From positions 1-58,516 of the IMG/VR virus record IMGVR_UViG_3300023179_000123: a DNA stretch of 58,516 bases; one strand, written 5' to 3'. The position numbers were made by a program, and so were the translations under genes. Under the pieces are notes generated by a model. It had not been told where the DNA came from. It did no database searches and worked only from the letters and a program-made list of their open reading frames with translations. This document shows positions 38,359-47,590 of the stretch, one piece after another. Each line of letters starts with the position of its first letter. The stretch's first letter is position 1. This DNA comes from a virus (lineage: Duplodnaviria; Caudoviricetes).

Positions 38359-39096
38359 TTATAGAGGTCTTATTTTATTTTCTAATTCTTGTTCTATTGT
38401 AGAAACAAATTCAGGTTTTAGAATTCTAATTCTACGTTTACCCTCATTTAATCGTTCTTCGTATGTATAATTAGAAATAGAAGTTATTAATGCCCCAGCT
38501 GGCCCATTCACTTCATTGCCGTCGCCATTCTCATAGTGATGTGTTTTTCCTAAATGATCAGAAAACAATTTAATATAGGTTGATCCAGATTCAGCAGTGA
38601 AACTAGCACTGGATACATTAAAGCTAGTATAATTTCCATAAATGTAATTTACTGTATAATTACCATTATTACCAGAATTACTCGCACCAGAAATTTCTAC
38701 TATGTCGCCAATGTCAAGTGTTTTTATAAAACCTATAACAGCAGAATCAGAAGAAGAGACTGTGCTGCCAGTCATAGCAATATTTATTGATCGTACTGAA
38801 TGATATTTATCTTTGCAAAAATTAATTAAATCCAAATTAGATAACGGCCATTCAAAACGAGGATCCAAAATATCATTTGTAATTAAAATTACCCAATGTA
38901 ACAAAGGGTTGCCATAAACCTTGTCAGCTAATATTTCTGGAGTTTCGCCATCTTTTATGTCATATTCATCAAATGCAGTATAATTATTTTTTGTTTCTTG
39001 AGCAACAGCTACTCTACGAAATATATCGGTGACAATTTGACCAGACGCATAGTCGTCTAAAGTATAAATCATAAAAGGAAATTTTTCGAAATACAT
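38359..39096 (-). CDS. gp53: Baseplate wedge subunit gp53
   Basis: MYFEKFP; YDIKDGETPEILADKVYG...HWVILITN...WPL; NYTYEERLNEGKRRIRIL. Confidence 0.9.
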   Translation of the reverse strand: MYFEKFPFMIYTLDDYASGQIVTDIFRRVAVAQETKNNYTAFDEYDIKDGETPEILADKVYGNPLLHWVILITNDILDPRFEWPLSNLDLINFCKDKYHSVRSINIAMTGSTVSSSDSAVIGFIKTLDIGDIVEISGASNSGNNGNYTVNYIYGNYTSFNVSSASFTAESGSTYIKLFSDHLGKTHHYENGDGNEVNGPAGALITSISNYTYEERLNEGKRRIRILKPEFVSTIEQELENKIRPL

Positions 39097-40250
39097 TAGT
39101 AGCCTTCTCTAGCTTTTTCTCTAGTGATAAGTTCAAGTTCTCTAAATCTTAACGACATTATAATTTCTGTTGGAGCACCGTTTCTAAAGGTTGAAAATCC
39201 ATCCGTGCTTCCATATTCTATTTGCATATCTTCTAATGCACACGCACCAAATTTATGAAAATATGAATTTTCTTCATTACCAAAATAATATGTTATTTGA
39301 AATTCAGAAGGATAAATGAAAAACAATTTTTCGGGAGAAACCTCTGGAAGCATATGTTCTTTAAACATATCTATAATCTTTTTAATTGTTCTACTTTCCT
39401 TCTCACTCTTAGGTAAAAATCTATATTTAAAAGCAAACGTTCTAAAATCTATTTGTTCGAATAAAACTTCTCTAAATGGATTGGTGGTTACTTTCGCAGA
39501 TGCTCTTAGTAAATCTGTTGCTGGAATTCCTGCTATCTGGGGAATTTTACCTAAAGCCATTCCCATAGCTGCTTTGGCCTCACCAGACATTACAACATCT
39601 TTGGCTGTACCAGTAAGTGTGGATGATTGGCTTAAAAGACCAGCCAGTGCTCCTAAACTTTTGGTAGAATATTCTGCAGCATATCGAACAGCGGGTCTTT
39701 CTTCTACATGTAATGCGATTACCTGTTTTAGTCTCTCCATTTTATCGGGTTTCAAAATATCTATATTTTTTCTAATAGTACCGACGGCAGCAGCGGTTCC
39801 TTCAGCCGCAGCCAAAGTCGTTCCTGCTACAACAGCTCCTCTCGCTACGGTGCCACCAAGACCTTTACCACCTACCCCAGGTATCATTTTAAAAATATTC
39901 TTGGCGCCGAAATAACTAATCGCCCCTGCGCCTAGAGTAAGTGCTGCTACTTTATCGAAGGCATTACCTGCAGCTTCTGGAGATAATTGCGCTTGGTTAT
40001 CCCTTCTGACTTCATACCCCTCATACGTATCGTATTCTTTTTTAAACTTAGATTTACCTCTAACATTAATGGCAAATTCTACATAGTGCTGCAGATCAGA
40101 TGCGCCTAAATTGTCAGGATATTTTATTACATCTAACTCATGTCTATCTCTATATTTAGGATCCTGTAGAATCGGAGAAGTACGAGACCTCATTAGGTCC
40201 TGTTGTCTTTGCTCTTCTGCTGCGTCTTGTCGTGAGGTGGTATCTGCCAT
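39096..40250 (-). CDS. gp48: Baseplate tail-tube cap gp48
   Basis: NPFREVLFEQIDFRTFAFKYRFLPKS..E...II..F...M.P; LRFRELEL. Confidence 0.85.
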   Translation of the reverse strand: MADTTSRQDAAEEQRQQDLMRSRTSPILQDPKYRDRHELDVIKYPDNLGASDLQHYVEFAINVRGKSKFKKEYDTYEGYEVRRDNQAQLSPEAAGNAFDKVAALTLGAGAISYFGAKNIFKMIPGVGGKGLGGTVARGAVVAGTTLAAAEGTAAAVGTIRKNIDILKPDKMERLKQVIALHVEERPAVRYAAEYSTKSLGALAGLLSQSSTLTGTAKDVVMSGEAKAAMGMALGKIPQIAGIPATDLLRASAKVTTNPFREVLFEQIDFRTFAFKYRFLPKSEKESRTIKKIIDMFKEHMLPEVSPEKLFFIYPSEFQITYYFGNEENSYFHKFGACALEDMQIEYGSTDGFSTFRNGAPTEIIMSLRFRELELITREKAREGY

Positions 40251-40259
40251 CGAGGCACC

Positions 40260-40267
40260 TATAAATA
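40260..40267 (+). promoter_or_regulatory. T4-type late promoter TATAAATA (gene 4 operon)
   Basis: Exact consensus in the divergent intergenic region. Confidence 0.8.
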
Positions 40268-40279
40268 AAGGATATTATT

Positions 40280-40287
40280 TATTTATA
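40280..40287 (-). promoter_or_regulatory. T4-type late promoter TATAAATA (baseplate operon)
   Basis: TATTTATA on the + strand, upstream of gp48. Confidence 0.8.
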
Positions 40288-40292
40288 TCAAT

Positions 40293-40751
40293 ATGTACAC
40301 TAATACCTACAAGGGCAAGTATAGAGTTCAAAATCCTAAGAAATATCATGGGGATTTGAACAATGTAGTCTACAGATCACTTTGGGAATTGCGATTTATG
40401 AAATGGTGCGACATGAATCAGTCTATAATAGAATGGGGGTCAGAAACCATTGTTATTCCATATCGTTCTCCTGTAGATAGAAAAGTACATAGATATTTTG
40501 TGGATTTTTATATAAAAGTCCAAGACAAAACAGGTAAAATTAACCGATACTTGATTGAAATTAAACCGGAAAGATTCACTAAACCCCCTGCTATACCAAA
40601 AAGAAAAACTAAACAATTTATTGAAGAAGTTTTTCAATATGGAGTAAATGAAGCTAAATGGAAAGCAGCATTTGAATTTTGTGAAGACCGTAAATGGAAG
40701 TTTATGATTTTAACAGAAAAAGATTTGGGCATTGAAACTCTTAATAAATAA
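40293..40751 (+). CDS. gp4: Head completion nuclease gp4
   Basis: YKGKY...NPKKY.GD...YRSLWE...WGSE...HRYFVDF...IEIKP...NEAKW. Confidence 0.93.
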   Translation: MYTNTYKGKYRVQNPKKYHGDLNNVVYRSLWELRFMKWCDMNQSIIEWGSETIVIPYRSPVDRKVHRYFVDFYIKVQDKTGKINRYLIEIKPERFTKPPAIPKRKTKQFIEEVFQYGVNEAKWKAAFEFCEDRKWKFMILTEKDLGIETLNK

Positions 40752-40756
40752 TAATT

Positions 40757-41320
40757 ATGGCAGAAGATATCTTTAAAAATATAAGGCAATCAGCAGATAA
40801 TACCGAGAAATCTTATTCTTGGTATCAAGAACAAATCAAAAAATTATCTGGTGTTAGCGCAAATAATCTTTTACGTAATTCAATTCTCACTAATAGATTG
40901 CGCCCCGGGGAAATGTATCTTTTTATGTATGATCCGAAGCACAAGGATACTTTGCCCTATTACGACAAATTTCCTTTAGTATTACCTTTTAGAGTAGTAC
41001 CAGATGGATTTTTTGGTATCAATCTGCACTATCTTCCCTATTTAGTAAGATATAAACTATTGGGTAGATTATCAGAACTTGCGACTGATAATAAACTTAA
41101 TGATAAAACCAGAATAGCAATTTCATGGAATATATTGCAATCGTCTTCAGTTTATTCACCAGTTAATGCTTGTGTCAAACATTACTTAGAAAAACAAATA
41201 AAAACTAGATTTCTCAAAATACCTTATCCAGATTGGTTAATTGCATCACAAATGCCTTTAGAAAAATTTGTGGGTAAAAGTAAAACCGAAGTTTGGAAAG
41301 AAAGCCAGAGTAAATATTAA
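40757..41320 (+). CDS. gp2: DNA end protector gp2
   Basis: MYLFMYDPKHKDTLPYYDKFPLV...GINLHYLP. Confidence 0.92.
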   Translation: MAEDIFKNIRQSADNTEKSYSWYQEQIKKLSGVSANNLLRNSILTNRLRPGEMYLFMYDPKHKDTLPYYDKFPLVLPFRVVPDGFFGINLHYLPYLVRYKLLGRLSELATDNKLNDKTRIAISWNILQSSSVYSPVNACVKHYLEKQIKTRFLKIPYPDWLIASQMPLEKFVGKSKTEVWKESQSKY

Positions 41321-42027
41321 TGCCTACCTTCAATTTAGATAACTTTAAATCGACAGTTTTTAATACCGGATTAGCAAGAACTAATAGATTTGAAGTAATA
41401 ATTACTCCGCCGGCCGCACTACAAACATCTACGGAAACATCAAGATTGATAAGTTTGCTAGCAGAATCTACTAATTTTCCTCCCATTAATGTATCAGTTA
41501 CTTCTCAAAGAATTTTTGGCCCAAGTTATCAAAGACCCAAATTTATTGAATTTGGAGGAGACAGCATTATAATAAATTTTTTAGTTGATACTGATATGCG
41601 AGTTAAACGATTTTTTGAAGATTGGATTGAAACTATTATTGAACCCGAAACGTATCTAATTGGATATCAAGATGAATATGCTTCAACATTAACTATACAT
41701 CAATTAGATGAGGAAGAAAATACCGTTTATACTATAGATATTTTTGAAGTATTCCCCCGTTCTTTAAACATTATGGATTTAAACAACACAAATCAAAATA
41801 GTTTTCATAGATTAGCTGTATCTTTCGCATATAGATATTGGTCATCTAAAGGACCAACTGACGGCAAAAATCCTGTTATTATACCCCAGTCTAAATTCAG
41901 AGAAAACTATGATAAATTTACTGCCAATAAAAAGGCAGCATCAGAAAGAAACACTTTTGTAATACCGGATGGGACATCAAATCAGCCCGTAGGAGGCAAC
42001 ACTACGCAAACTATTCCGGGAGCTTAA
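41320..42027 (+). CDS. Tail tube-like protein (gp54/gp19 family)
   Basis: GLARTNRFEV...FFEDW...YQDEY...I.QL...EVFP...L.VSFAYRYW. Confidence 0.8.
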   Translation: MPTFNLDNFKSTVFNTGLARTNRFEVIITPPAALQTSTETSRLISLLAESTNFPPINVSVTSQRIFGPSYQRPKFIEFGGDSIIINFLVDTDMRVKRFFEDWIETIIEPETYLIGYQDEYASTLTIHQLDEEENTVYTIDIFEVFPRSLNIMDLNNTNQNSFHRLAVSFAYRYWSSKGPTDGKNPVIIPQSKFRENYDKFTANKKAASERNTFVIPDGTSNQPVGGNTTQTIPGA

Positions 42028-42042
42028 TTATTAGGAGTTATT

Positions 42043-42741
42043 ATGCCTTTACCAACACTTGAAGTACCTACTTATACAGCTAAACTACCTTCTACTAACC
42101 AACATATAATCTATAGACCTTTTCTAGTAAAAGAACATAAAATTCTTTTAACGTTATCCGAAGCAGATAATGAGGAAGTATCCAGAGTGATAGCACAATT
42201 AGTTGATGCTTGCACGTTTAAAAAATTAGATATTGAAAAATTAGCTAGTTTTGATTTGGAATATTTATTCTTATTGTTAAGAGCTAGGTCAATCGGCGAA
42301 ACAATGGATTTAGTTTTGACCTGCAAAAACTGTGGTCATAAAAATGATGTTAAAACTAACTTACTAGAAGCTAAAGTTGTAAGACCAGAAGACCATAACA
42401 AAATTATTCGAATTAATGAAGGTATTTCATTAGTTATGAGATATCCTAAGTTAAAAGATATATTGCATTTTTTTCAAAATACGAATCAAGAAGAAATTTA
42501 TAACTTTGTATTAGATAGTATAGAATCGGTGATAGTAGAAGAAGAAGTATTTGATACAAAAGATCAAACCAGAGAAGATCTGGATACATTTGTAAATAGT
42601 ATGTCAAAAGCGCAATTCGATTTAATCGAAAATTTTTTCAATACTATGCCAAAAGTAGTACAGCACATAGAAAAAGAATGCGAAAGTTGTAACTTTAAAA
42701 ATGAGGTCAATTTGGAGGGCCTCGAAAATTTTTTCGTCTAA
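42043..42741 (+). CDS. gp26: Baseplate hub assembly chaperone gp26
   Basis: YRPFLVKEHKILL, FDLEYLFL.LRARSIGE, two CxxC, ends EGLENFFV. Confidence 0.9.
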   Translation: MPLPTLEVPTYTAKLPSTNQHIIYRPFLVKEHKILLTLSEADNEEVSRVIAQLVDACTFKKLDIEKLASFDLEYLFLLLRARSIGETMDLVLTCKNCGHKNDVKTNLLEAKVVRPEDHNKIIRINEGISLVMRYPKLKDILHFFQNTNQEEIYNFVLDSIESVIVEEEVFDTKDQTREDLDTFVNSMSKAQFDLIENFFNTMPKVVQHIEKECESCNFKNEVNLEGLENFFV

Positions 42742-42923
42742 GTCTTTCTCAAGATAATCTAGCAAATTATTACAGATTAAACTTTTCTCTAATGCATCAT
42801 CATAAGTATTCATTAACTGAAATAGAGAATATGTTACCTTGGGAAAGAGATATTTATGTATTATTACTAACGCAGTATATAAAAGAAGAAAATGAGAGAA
42901 TAAAGAATCAACAAAATGGATAA
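42735..42923 (+). CDS. gp51: gp51-like hub assembly protein; first ATG at 42792, probably also or mainly reached by -1 frameshift from gp26
   Basis: Missing from the ORF track. Reads RLSLSQDNLANYYRLNFSLMHHHKYSLTEIENMLPWERDIYVLLLTQYIKEENERIKNQQNG*. Confidence 0.85.
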   Translation, partial: RLSLSQDNLANYYRLNFSLMHHHKYSLTEIENMLPWERDIYVLLLTQYIKEENERIKNQQNG

Positions 42924-44631
42924 CAATATTCCAAATCAAACCAATGATATTTCATGGAAATCCATTGTTGAACAACTAAAGAAAAATTCTGATAAACAGC
43001 ATAAGGATTTTATCGCCGGTGCTGCATTAAACAGAAAAGAGTTAAACGATTTAGAAGAAGGTATACTGCGCCTCAATAAAAATTTAGAAAAATTAACTAA
43101 AATTATTTCTAGTTCCACAGTTTTAGAAAAAGCCAATACGATAAACTCAAAAGGCATAAGTAGAACAAGTGGGACAAGTGTCAATGTAGTAACTAATCCT
43201 GAAATGAAACGGTCTATGCGAGAAGGCAATAGACCTGTCAATATTGGAGATGTATTTTCTAATTTTATTAATAAAGATAGCAGAAGCCCAGACAACTATT
43301 TCTTTCAATCTAATAAAGAAGCAAGACAAAGAGAAGAACTACGTATTCAGCTGAAGAAAGGTGAGATTAATCAGCAAGATTACGACGAACAAAATGAAAA
43401 GATAGGTAAATCTGGTGGATTTAAAGATTTCTTTAAAGATTTTAAAGAAGGATTAGTGGATGTTAAAAATTTCTTTACTAACAAAAATGTAGTTCAATCA
43501 GAACAATCCAAAGCATCTGTTAGTGAAGGGATAGATAAAACAAATATAGACCAAGTACAAAAAACAGATAATGTTCTATTAAATGAAGTAACTACTATAC
43601 GCAAAATACTTGAAAATAATTTTAAGAAAACTAAGCCGTCTGCTGATAGGAAAAATAAAGAACGTCCAGCGTCTAGTAATGATATAACAATCTATAAACC
43701 AAAACAAACAACTAACAGAAAATTAATAGGTGATAGTTCTAGAATTATTGATGTGCAGGCAAAAGAAGTAAAAAGTAAACCATTGTTATTAGGTTCTAGT
43801 GGACAAAATCAAATACAAAGTGCGCCGGCAGCATCTGTACCTATGTTACTTGCCCCATCCAAATCGGCTGACGTAATAGATGTAGAAGCTAAACCTGTAG
43901 AAGAAGCTAAACCTGGTATTAGTGTGGGAGATATTTCAATAGGCGGAGGAATAGCAAATGCAGCTAAAGCCGGGTCTAAGTTGGGCGGATTTTTAAAAGG
44001 TGCAGGCAGAGTGTTAGGTAAAGCAGCACTACCGTTGGCTGCTGCAACGGCTGCGTATGAGGGATTTACTGGTTACAATGAAGCTGCAGATAATTTGGAC
44101 ATAAAAGATAGAGAAGCAACATTCGGCGAAAAATTATCCTCAGCTGGCGGTAATATCGTATCGGGATTGACTTTTGGACTTATAGACAAAAAAGATGCTT
44201 CAAAAGGCATAGCTAATTTCTTTGGTGCAGGAGCAGACAAAAAAGATTCTCAGCCTAGTAAAAGTGAAACCAAAGATACTTTTATTGCAAATGAACCTGT
44301 AATAAAAGATAAGCCATTGTCAGAAAAACAACTAGCTGCTATGAAAATGTCTATGGATATGGGTAACACGTATTCGCCTGAAATCATGGCAAAATATAAA
44401 GAACAGACTATGTTACAGCCAATTAAGAAATCAGAGGAAGTGACCCCTTTAAGTGAGGAAAATCAAGCACTAAAGGGACAAAATACACAAGCAAACAATA
44501 CTACAGTTATTAATAACAACAATAATCAAACTCAAGCACCTGCTCAATCAGCAGTAGGTTCAGCCCCAGCAACAAGGCCAGAACAGTCCTCATTAGAAAA
44601 ATATTTAGATCGACAATCAGTGTACGCATGA
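42916..44631 (+). CDS. Putative tape measure protein (gp29-like)
   Basis: 571 aa, helical/low complexity, Gly-Ala hydrophobic segment, terminal NNTTVINNNN; follows gp26/gp51. Confidence 0.65.
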   Translation: MDNNIPNQTNDISWKSIVEQLKKNSDKQHKDFIAGAALNRKELNDLEEGILRLNKNLEKLTKIISSSTVLEKANTINSKGISRTSGTSVNVVTNPEMKRSMREGNRPVNIGDVFSNFINKDSRSPDNYFFQSNKEARQREELRIQLKKGEINQQDYDEQNEKIGKSGGFKDFFKDFKEGLVDVKNFFTNKNVVQSEQSKASVSEGIDKTNIDQVQKTDNVLLNEVTTIRKILENNFKKTKPSADRKNKERPASSNDITIYKPKQTTNRKLIGDSSRIIDVQAKEVKSKPLLLGSSGQNQIQSAPAASVPMLLAPSKSADVIDVEAKPVEEAKPGISVGDISIGGGIANAAKAGSKLGGFLKGAGRVLGKAALPLAAATAAYEGFTGYNEAADNLDIKDREATFGEKLSSAGGNIVSGLTFGLIDKKDASKGIANFFGAGADKKDSQPSKSETKDTFIANEPVIKDKPLSEKQLAAMKMSMDMGNTYSPEIMAKYKEQTMLQPIKKSEEVTPLSEENQALKGQNTQANNTTVINNNNNQTQAPAQSAVGSAPATRPEQSSLEKYLDRQSVYA

Positions 44632-44652
44632 AAAAGGGGCAGGCCCCTTTTT
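44631..44652. terminator. Bidirectional intrinsic terminator
   Basis: AAAAAGGGGC-AG-GCCCCTTTTT between convergent operons. Confidence 0.85.
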
Positions 44653-44663
44653 CCGATTGCTAA

Positions 44664-44894
44664 TTATTTCTTAGCTTGTTCCGCTGGTTTTTTGTCATCA
44701 ACTGGTTTCCCATCTTTACCAACTGGCTTAACCTTTGGCTTATCGTTATCTTTCTTAGAATCTTCTTTCTTTGGCTCTTCCTTCTTAGCTTCTGCTTTAG
44801 CAGGTTCAGCTTTTTTAGCATCCTCTTTTTTGGCGTCTGCTGCATATGCGAAGGAAAGACCAAGTGCTGCGAATAGTGCAATTAAAGTTTTCAT
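44664..44894 (-). CDS. Small exported Lys/Ala/Glu/Asp-rich protein
   Basis: Signal peptide MKTLIALFAALGLSFAYA; AAGGA RBS. Confidence 0.8.
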   Translation of the reverse strand: MKTLIALFAALGLSFAYAADAKKEDAKKAEPAKAEAKKEEPKKEDSKKDNDKPKVKPVGKDGKPVDDKKPAEQAKK

Positions 44895-44987
44895 TTTTTA
44901 TTTCCTTAAAATTAAAAATTGACAATTCGTCATCCTTCAGTCGATCCAAGGTCACTATTAGTGAACGGGAGTCGAATCCAGCTAAGA

Positions 44988-45917
44988 CTACTCGTCGTTT
45001 GCTAGTTTAGCGAAGTACGAAATAGACTCTGAGTCGTCATCAAAATCTAAGTCCTTAGCTGGAGCATTAGATTTAGTAACAACTTGAGTCTTTGGAGGAC
45101 GTACTCCTTCTCCTCCGGACGTTGGGTCATCCAAGTCCACATTTTCTGCTTTTTTGCCAGATGTAGTAACACCTGAGGTAAGAACCATATTCAATTTGGT
45201 TTTTAATTCATCGTATGATTTAAAATTCTTGGGGTCAAGAAATTCTTTTAACGAGTATTCGGATTTCCATACAGATTCAATTTTAGAATCATCATCTGAA
45301 ACTGACGAAACAGATTCAAATTCTGATTTATCATAATTACGATATCCTTCAACGTTGCGAATTTTTAGTTTAAAATTTGCACCTTCCCAAAAGTCAAACA
45401 CGTTAACTGGTTTTTCATCCTCGAATTGAGGCTCTGCCTGATCTTTAATTTTTTCCCAAATTTTCTTGCCATATTTAAACAGAAACACTTTGCCCTCATT
45501 CTCTGGATGAGCGGGGTCCTTTAATACTAGAATATTTGAGATATAAGTTAGACGTCGTTTCTGTTTTCGAGCAATTTCTTTATTGGATTCAATACCAGAA
45601 TTCCAAAGTTCAGTATTAAGCTCGGATACGGGATCGGTCTTGCCGATTGTGGTCAAAGAATTTTCAATATACCATTTTCCGCCTGGTCCTTGAAAACCAT
45701 GATTCCAAATTTGGACAAAGGGTAGATCTTCACCAGAAGGCGCTGGAAGAAATCTAATTACTGCGTAACCATTCCCAGCTTTGTCTACTTCCGGTTGCCA
45801 GAAGCGATTGTCCTCAGATTTGCCTTGGCCTGGATTAGAGATCTTTTCAACTTCTTTCATCAGGGCATCAAAGCCACCACGAGATTTACGAAGTTCAGAT
45901 AGAGATGTAAATGCCAT
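44988..45917 (-). CDS. gp32: Single-stranded DNA-binding protein gp32
   Basis: GNGYAVIRFLP, HGFQGPGGKWYIENSLTT, FDFWEGANFKLKI, acidic tail. Confidence 0.96.
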   Translation of the reverse strand: MAFTSLSELRKSRGGFDALMKEVEKISNPGQGKSEDNRFWQPEVDKAGNGYAVIRFLPAPSGEDLPFVQIWNHGFQGPGGKWYIENSLTTIGKTDPVSELNTELWNSGIESNKEIARKQKRRLTYISNILVLKDPAHPENEGKVFLFKYGKKIWEKIKDQAEPQFEDEKPVNVFDFWEGANFKLKIRNVEGYRNYDKSEFESVSSVSDDDSKIESVWKSEYSLKEFLDPKNFKSYDELKTKLNMVLTSGVTTSGKKAENVDLDDPTSGGEGVRPPKTQVVTKSNAPAKDLDFDDDSESISYFAKLANDE

Positions 45918-45955
45918 TTTAATGCTCCTTTATAAGCGACTGTATAAGCGTTGTA

Positions 45956-46147
45956 TTAGCGTTTTTTAATTTTTGAATTACTAAATGCATAATCATAAAA
46001 TTCATCAAACGCATCATCTGTCTCTTTATTTTGAGATAATGCCATATTATAAAATAAATTTCTATGCTTGTCAATACGATGTTTACCTTTTTCTATTTTT
46101 TTAATTTTGACTTCTTTGTCAAATTCATCACGTTTTGTCTTACTCAT
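45956..46147 (-). CDS. Hypothetical protein
   Basis: GGAG upstream, fills an operon gap. Confidence 0.65.
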   Translation of the reverse strand: MSKTKRDEFDKEVKIKKIEKGKHRIDKHRNLFYNMALSQNKETDDAFDEFYDYAFSNSKIKKR

Positions 46148-46165
46148 TTTTAAAAACTCTATCTC

Positions 46166-46390
46166 CTATGCGGTATCGTCTTCTCTATTAGCAACTACAA
46201 TATATGGCCACTGAGAAACACGTTTAGTAATTTCCTGTTGATTAACTGCAAGTTTAACTAAATATCTTTGAGTTTCTTTCAAAGATTCTGATAATTGAGT
46301 AATATTATCTTGAATTATTGCCATATTCTTCTCAATATCAACTATCTTTTGTTGGGTTATATCCAATGATTGTTCTAAAAATTCGCTCAT
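46166..46390 (-). CDS. Hypothetical coiled-coil protein
   Basis: Heptad-like sequence; 5' end overlaps gp59. Confidence 0.6.
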   Translation of the reverse strand: MSEFLEQSLDITQQKIVDIEKNMAIIQDNITQLSESLKETQRYLVKLAVNQQEITKRVSQWPYIVVANREDDTA

Positions 46391-46961
46391 ATTTTTCTAA
46401 ATCTACTTTAAGAAAAGGTTTATATTTGTCTATTAGTCTAGATATGTCTGGCCATAATACTGTATCAGTTATATGATGATTAAAACTATCTCTATAATTT
46501 AATATTTGTTCTAGTATTACTAAAGTTTCAATATTAATAGTTTTTCTTAAATATGCTTTTATTATATATGGATGTTGACCTTTGGTAATGGAAAATAAAT
46601 GGTTCAAATCAAATTTATTATCTTCCATTTCTTGAACAAGTTTATTTAAATCATTTTCAAAATTATAGTGAAGTGCTTCCAATCTTTTTTTCCATTGAAT
46701 ATATCTTTCGTTTGCCTCAGTATCAAACACACCTCCCCATCTATCACCTGATACAAAATTAGCAATTAAAAAGTTCGCTACTTCTTCATCAGAATAATTT
46801 TTAGCAATTTTGTTAATTGCGTATAAATCTTTTCTTTTTAAAAACGCTGTTTTTGTTGCCCTCACCTTGCCTTTTTGCTTAACTACATCATATTTATCTG
46901 TAGTAAAATGTAATTTTAATGCTAGATAAAATCTATAAACTTCAAACGCATCCATTATCAT
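46338..46961 (-). CDS. gp59: Helicase loader gp59
   Basis: YLALKLHFTTDKYD...F.KRKD...ETLVIL...KYKPFL; 33-59-32 synteny. Confidence 0.92.
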   Translation of the reverse strand: MIMDAFEVYRFYLALKLHFTTDKYDVVKQKGKVRATKTAFLKRKDLYAINKIAKNYSDEEVANFLIANFVSGDRWGGVFDTEANERYIQWKKRLEALHYNFENDLNKLVQEMEDNKFDLNHLFSITKGQHPYIIKAYLRKTINIETLVILEQILNYRDSFNHHITDTVLWPDISRLIDKYKPFLKVDLEKYERIFRTIIGYNPTKDS

Positions 46962-47209
46962 AAAGGAAGTTTGCCTCGTTTTTTCAAAAAATTCTGCTCT
47001 TCAGCTTCCAATTGTATTTTATCCTTTAAAGATTTATTAATAAGTCCTGCAATATTTTCAATATCAATATCTATTTCTTCACAATAAGAAATAACTGCTT
47101 CCATATAACCAATTTTTGTATCCTGCACTTTTTTCTCAATGTACAAAGAAAATTCGTTTGGTGATCTAAACTTCTTGGTTATTATTAAACTATCTGTTAT
47201 GGGTTTCAT
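46958..47209 (-). CDS. gp33: Late transcription coactivator gp33
   Basis: FSLYIE...YMEAV..YCEE..ID...LINKSLKDKI..EA...NFL. Confidence 0.92.
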   Translation of the reverse strand: MKPITDSLIITKKFRSPNEFSLYIEKKVQDTKIGYMEAVISYCEEIDIDIENIAGLINKSLKDKIQLEAEEQNFLKKRGKLPL

Positions 47210-47250
47210 TCTATTTCTTATTTTAATATATTAAGGTATAAAAGTCTATA

Positions 47251-47586
47251 CTATTTGAACAAAATCAATGATAACATTACAGCATGGACAACAAATCCAA
47301 AACCAATAGTGATAATCATTAACATATCTTTTAAAATAGCTGCGCGCACAAAAAACATTATTAAACCACCCCAAATAAACAATACTAATTCTATAGGTGG
47401 GGTCTTATCAGACAGCCCAGCCATTAGACCCACTAAAGTTGGGATAGTTGCAGCATGTACTAGTAAAATACCAATCCATGAAATAGTTTCGGCAGTTGCT
47501 TGTGTTAAGTTATTTTTACAGTAATCAATAACTTTATGAAGATCAAATTTTGGTAGTTTAATTTTAGATTGTATAGGTAAGTTCAT
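47251..47586 (-). CDS. Small membrane protein (about 3 TM segments)
   Basis: Three hydrophobic segments; follows the cell wall hydrolase. Confidence 0.7.
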   Translation of the reverse strand: MNLPIQSKIKLPKFDLHKVIDYCKNNLTQATAETISWIGILLVHAATIPTLVGLMAGLSDKTPPIELVLFIWGGLIMFFVRAAILKDMLMIITIGFGFVVHAVMLSLILFK

Positions 47587-47590
47587 TTTA

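Noticed and set aside
39316-39915. 199-aa plus-strand ORF and the other antisense ORFs in the track
   Set aside because: Shadows of well-supported opposite-strand genes, with no recognisable motifs
40293-40751. TnsA-like transposase or homing endonuclease
   Set aside because: Motifs and position match core head completion protein gp4
44968-44982. tRNA fragment (GGATTCGACTCC)
   Set aside because: T-loop-like only; no acceptor or anticodon arms can be built
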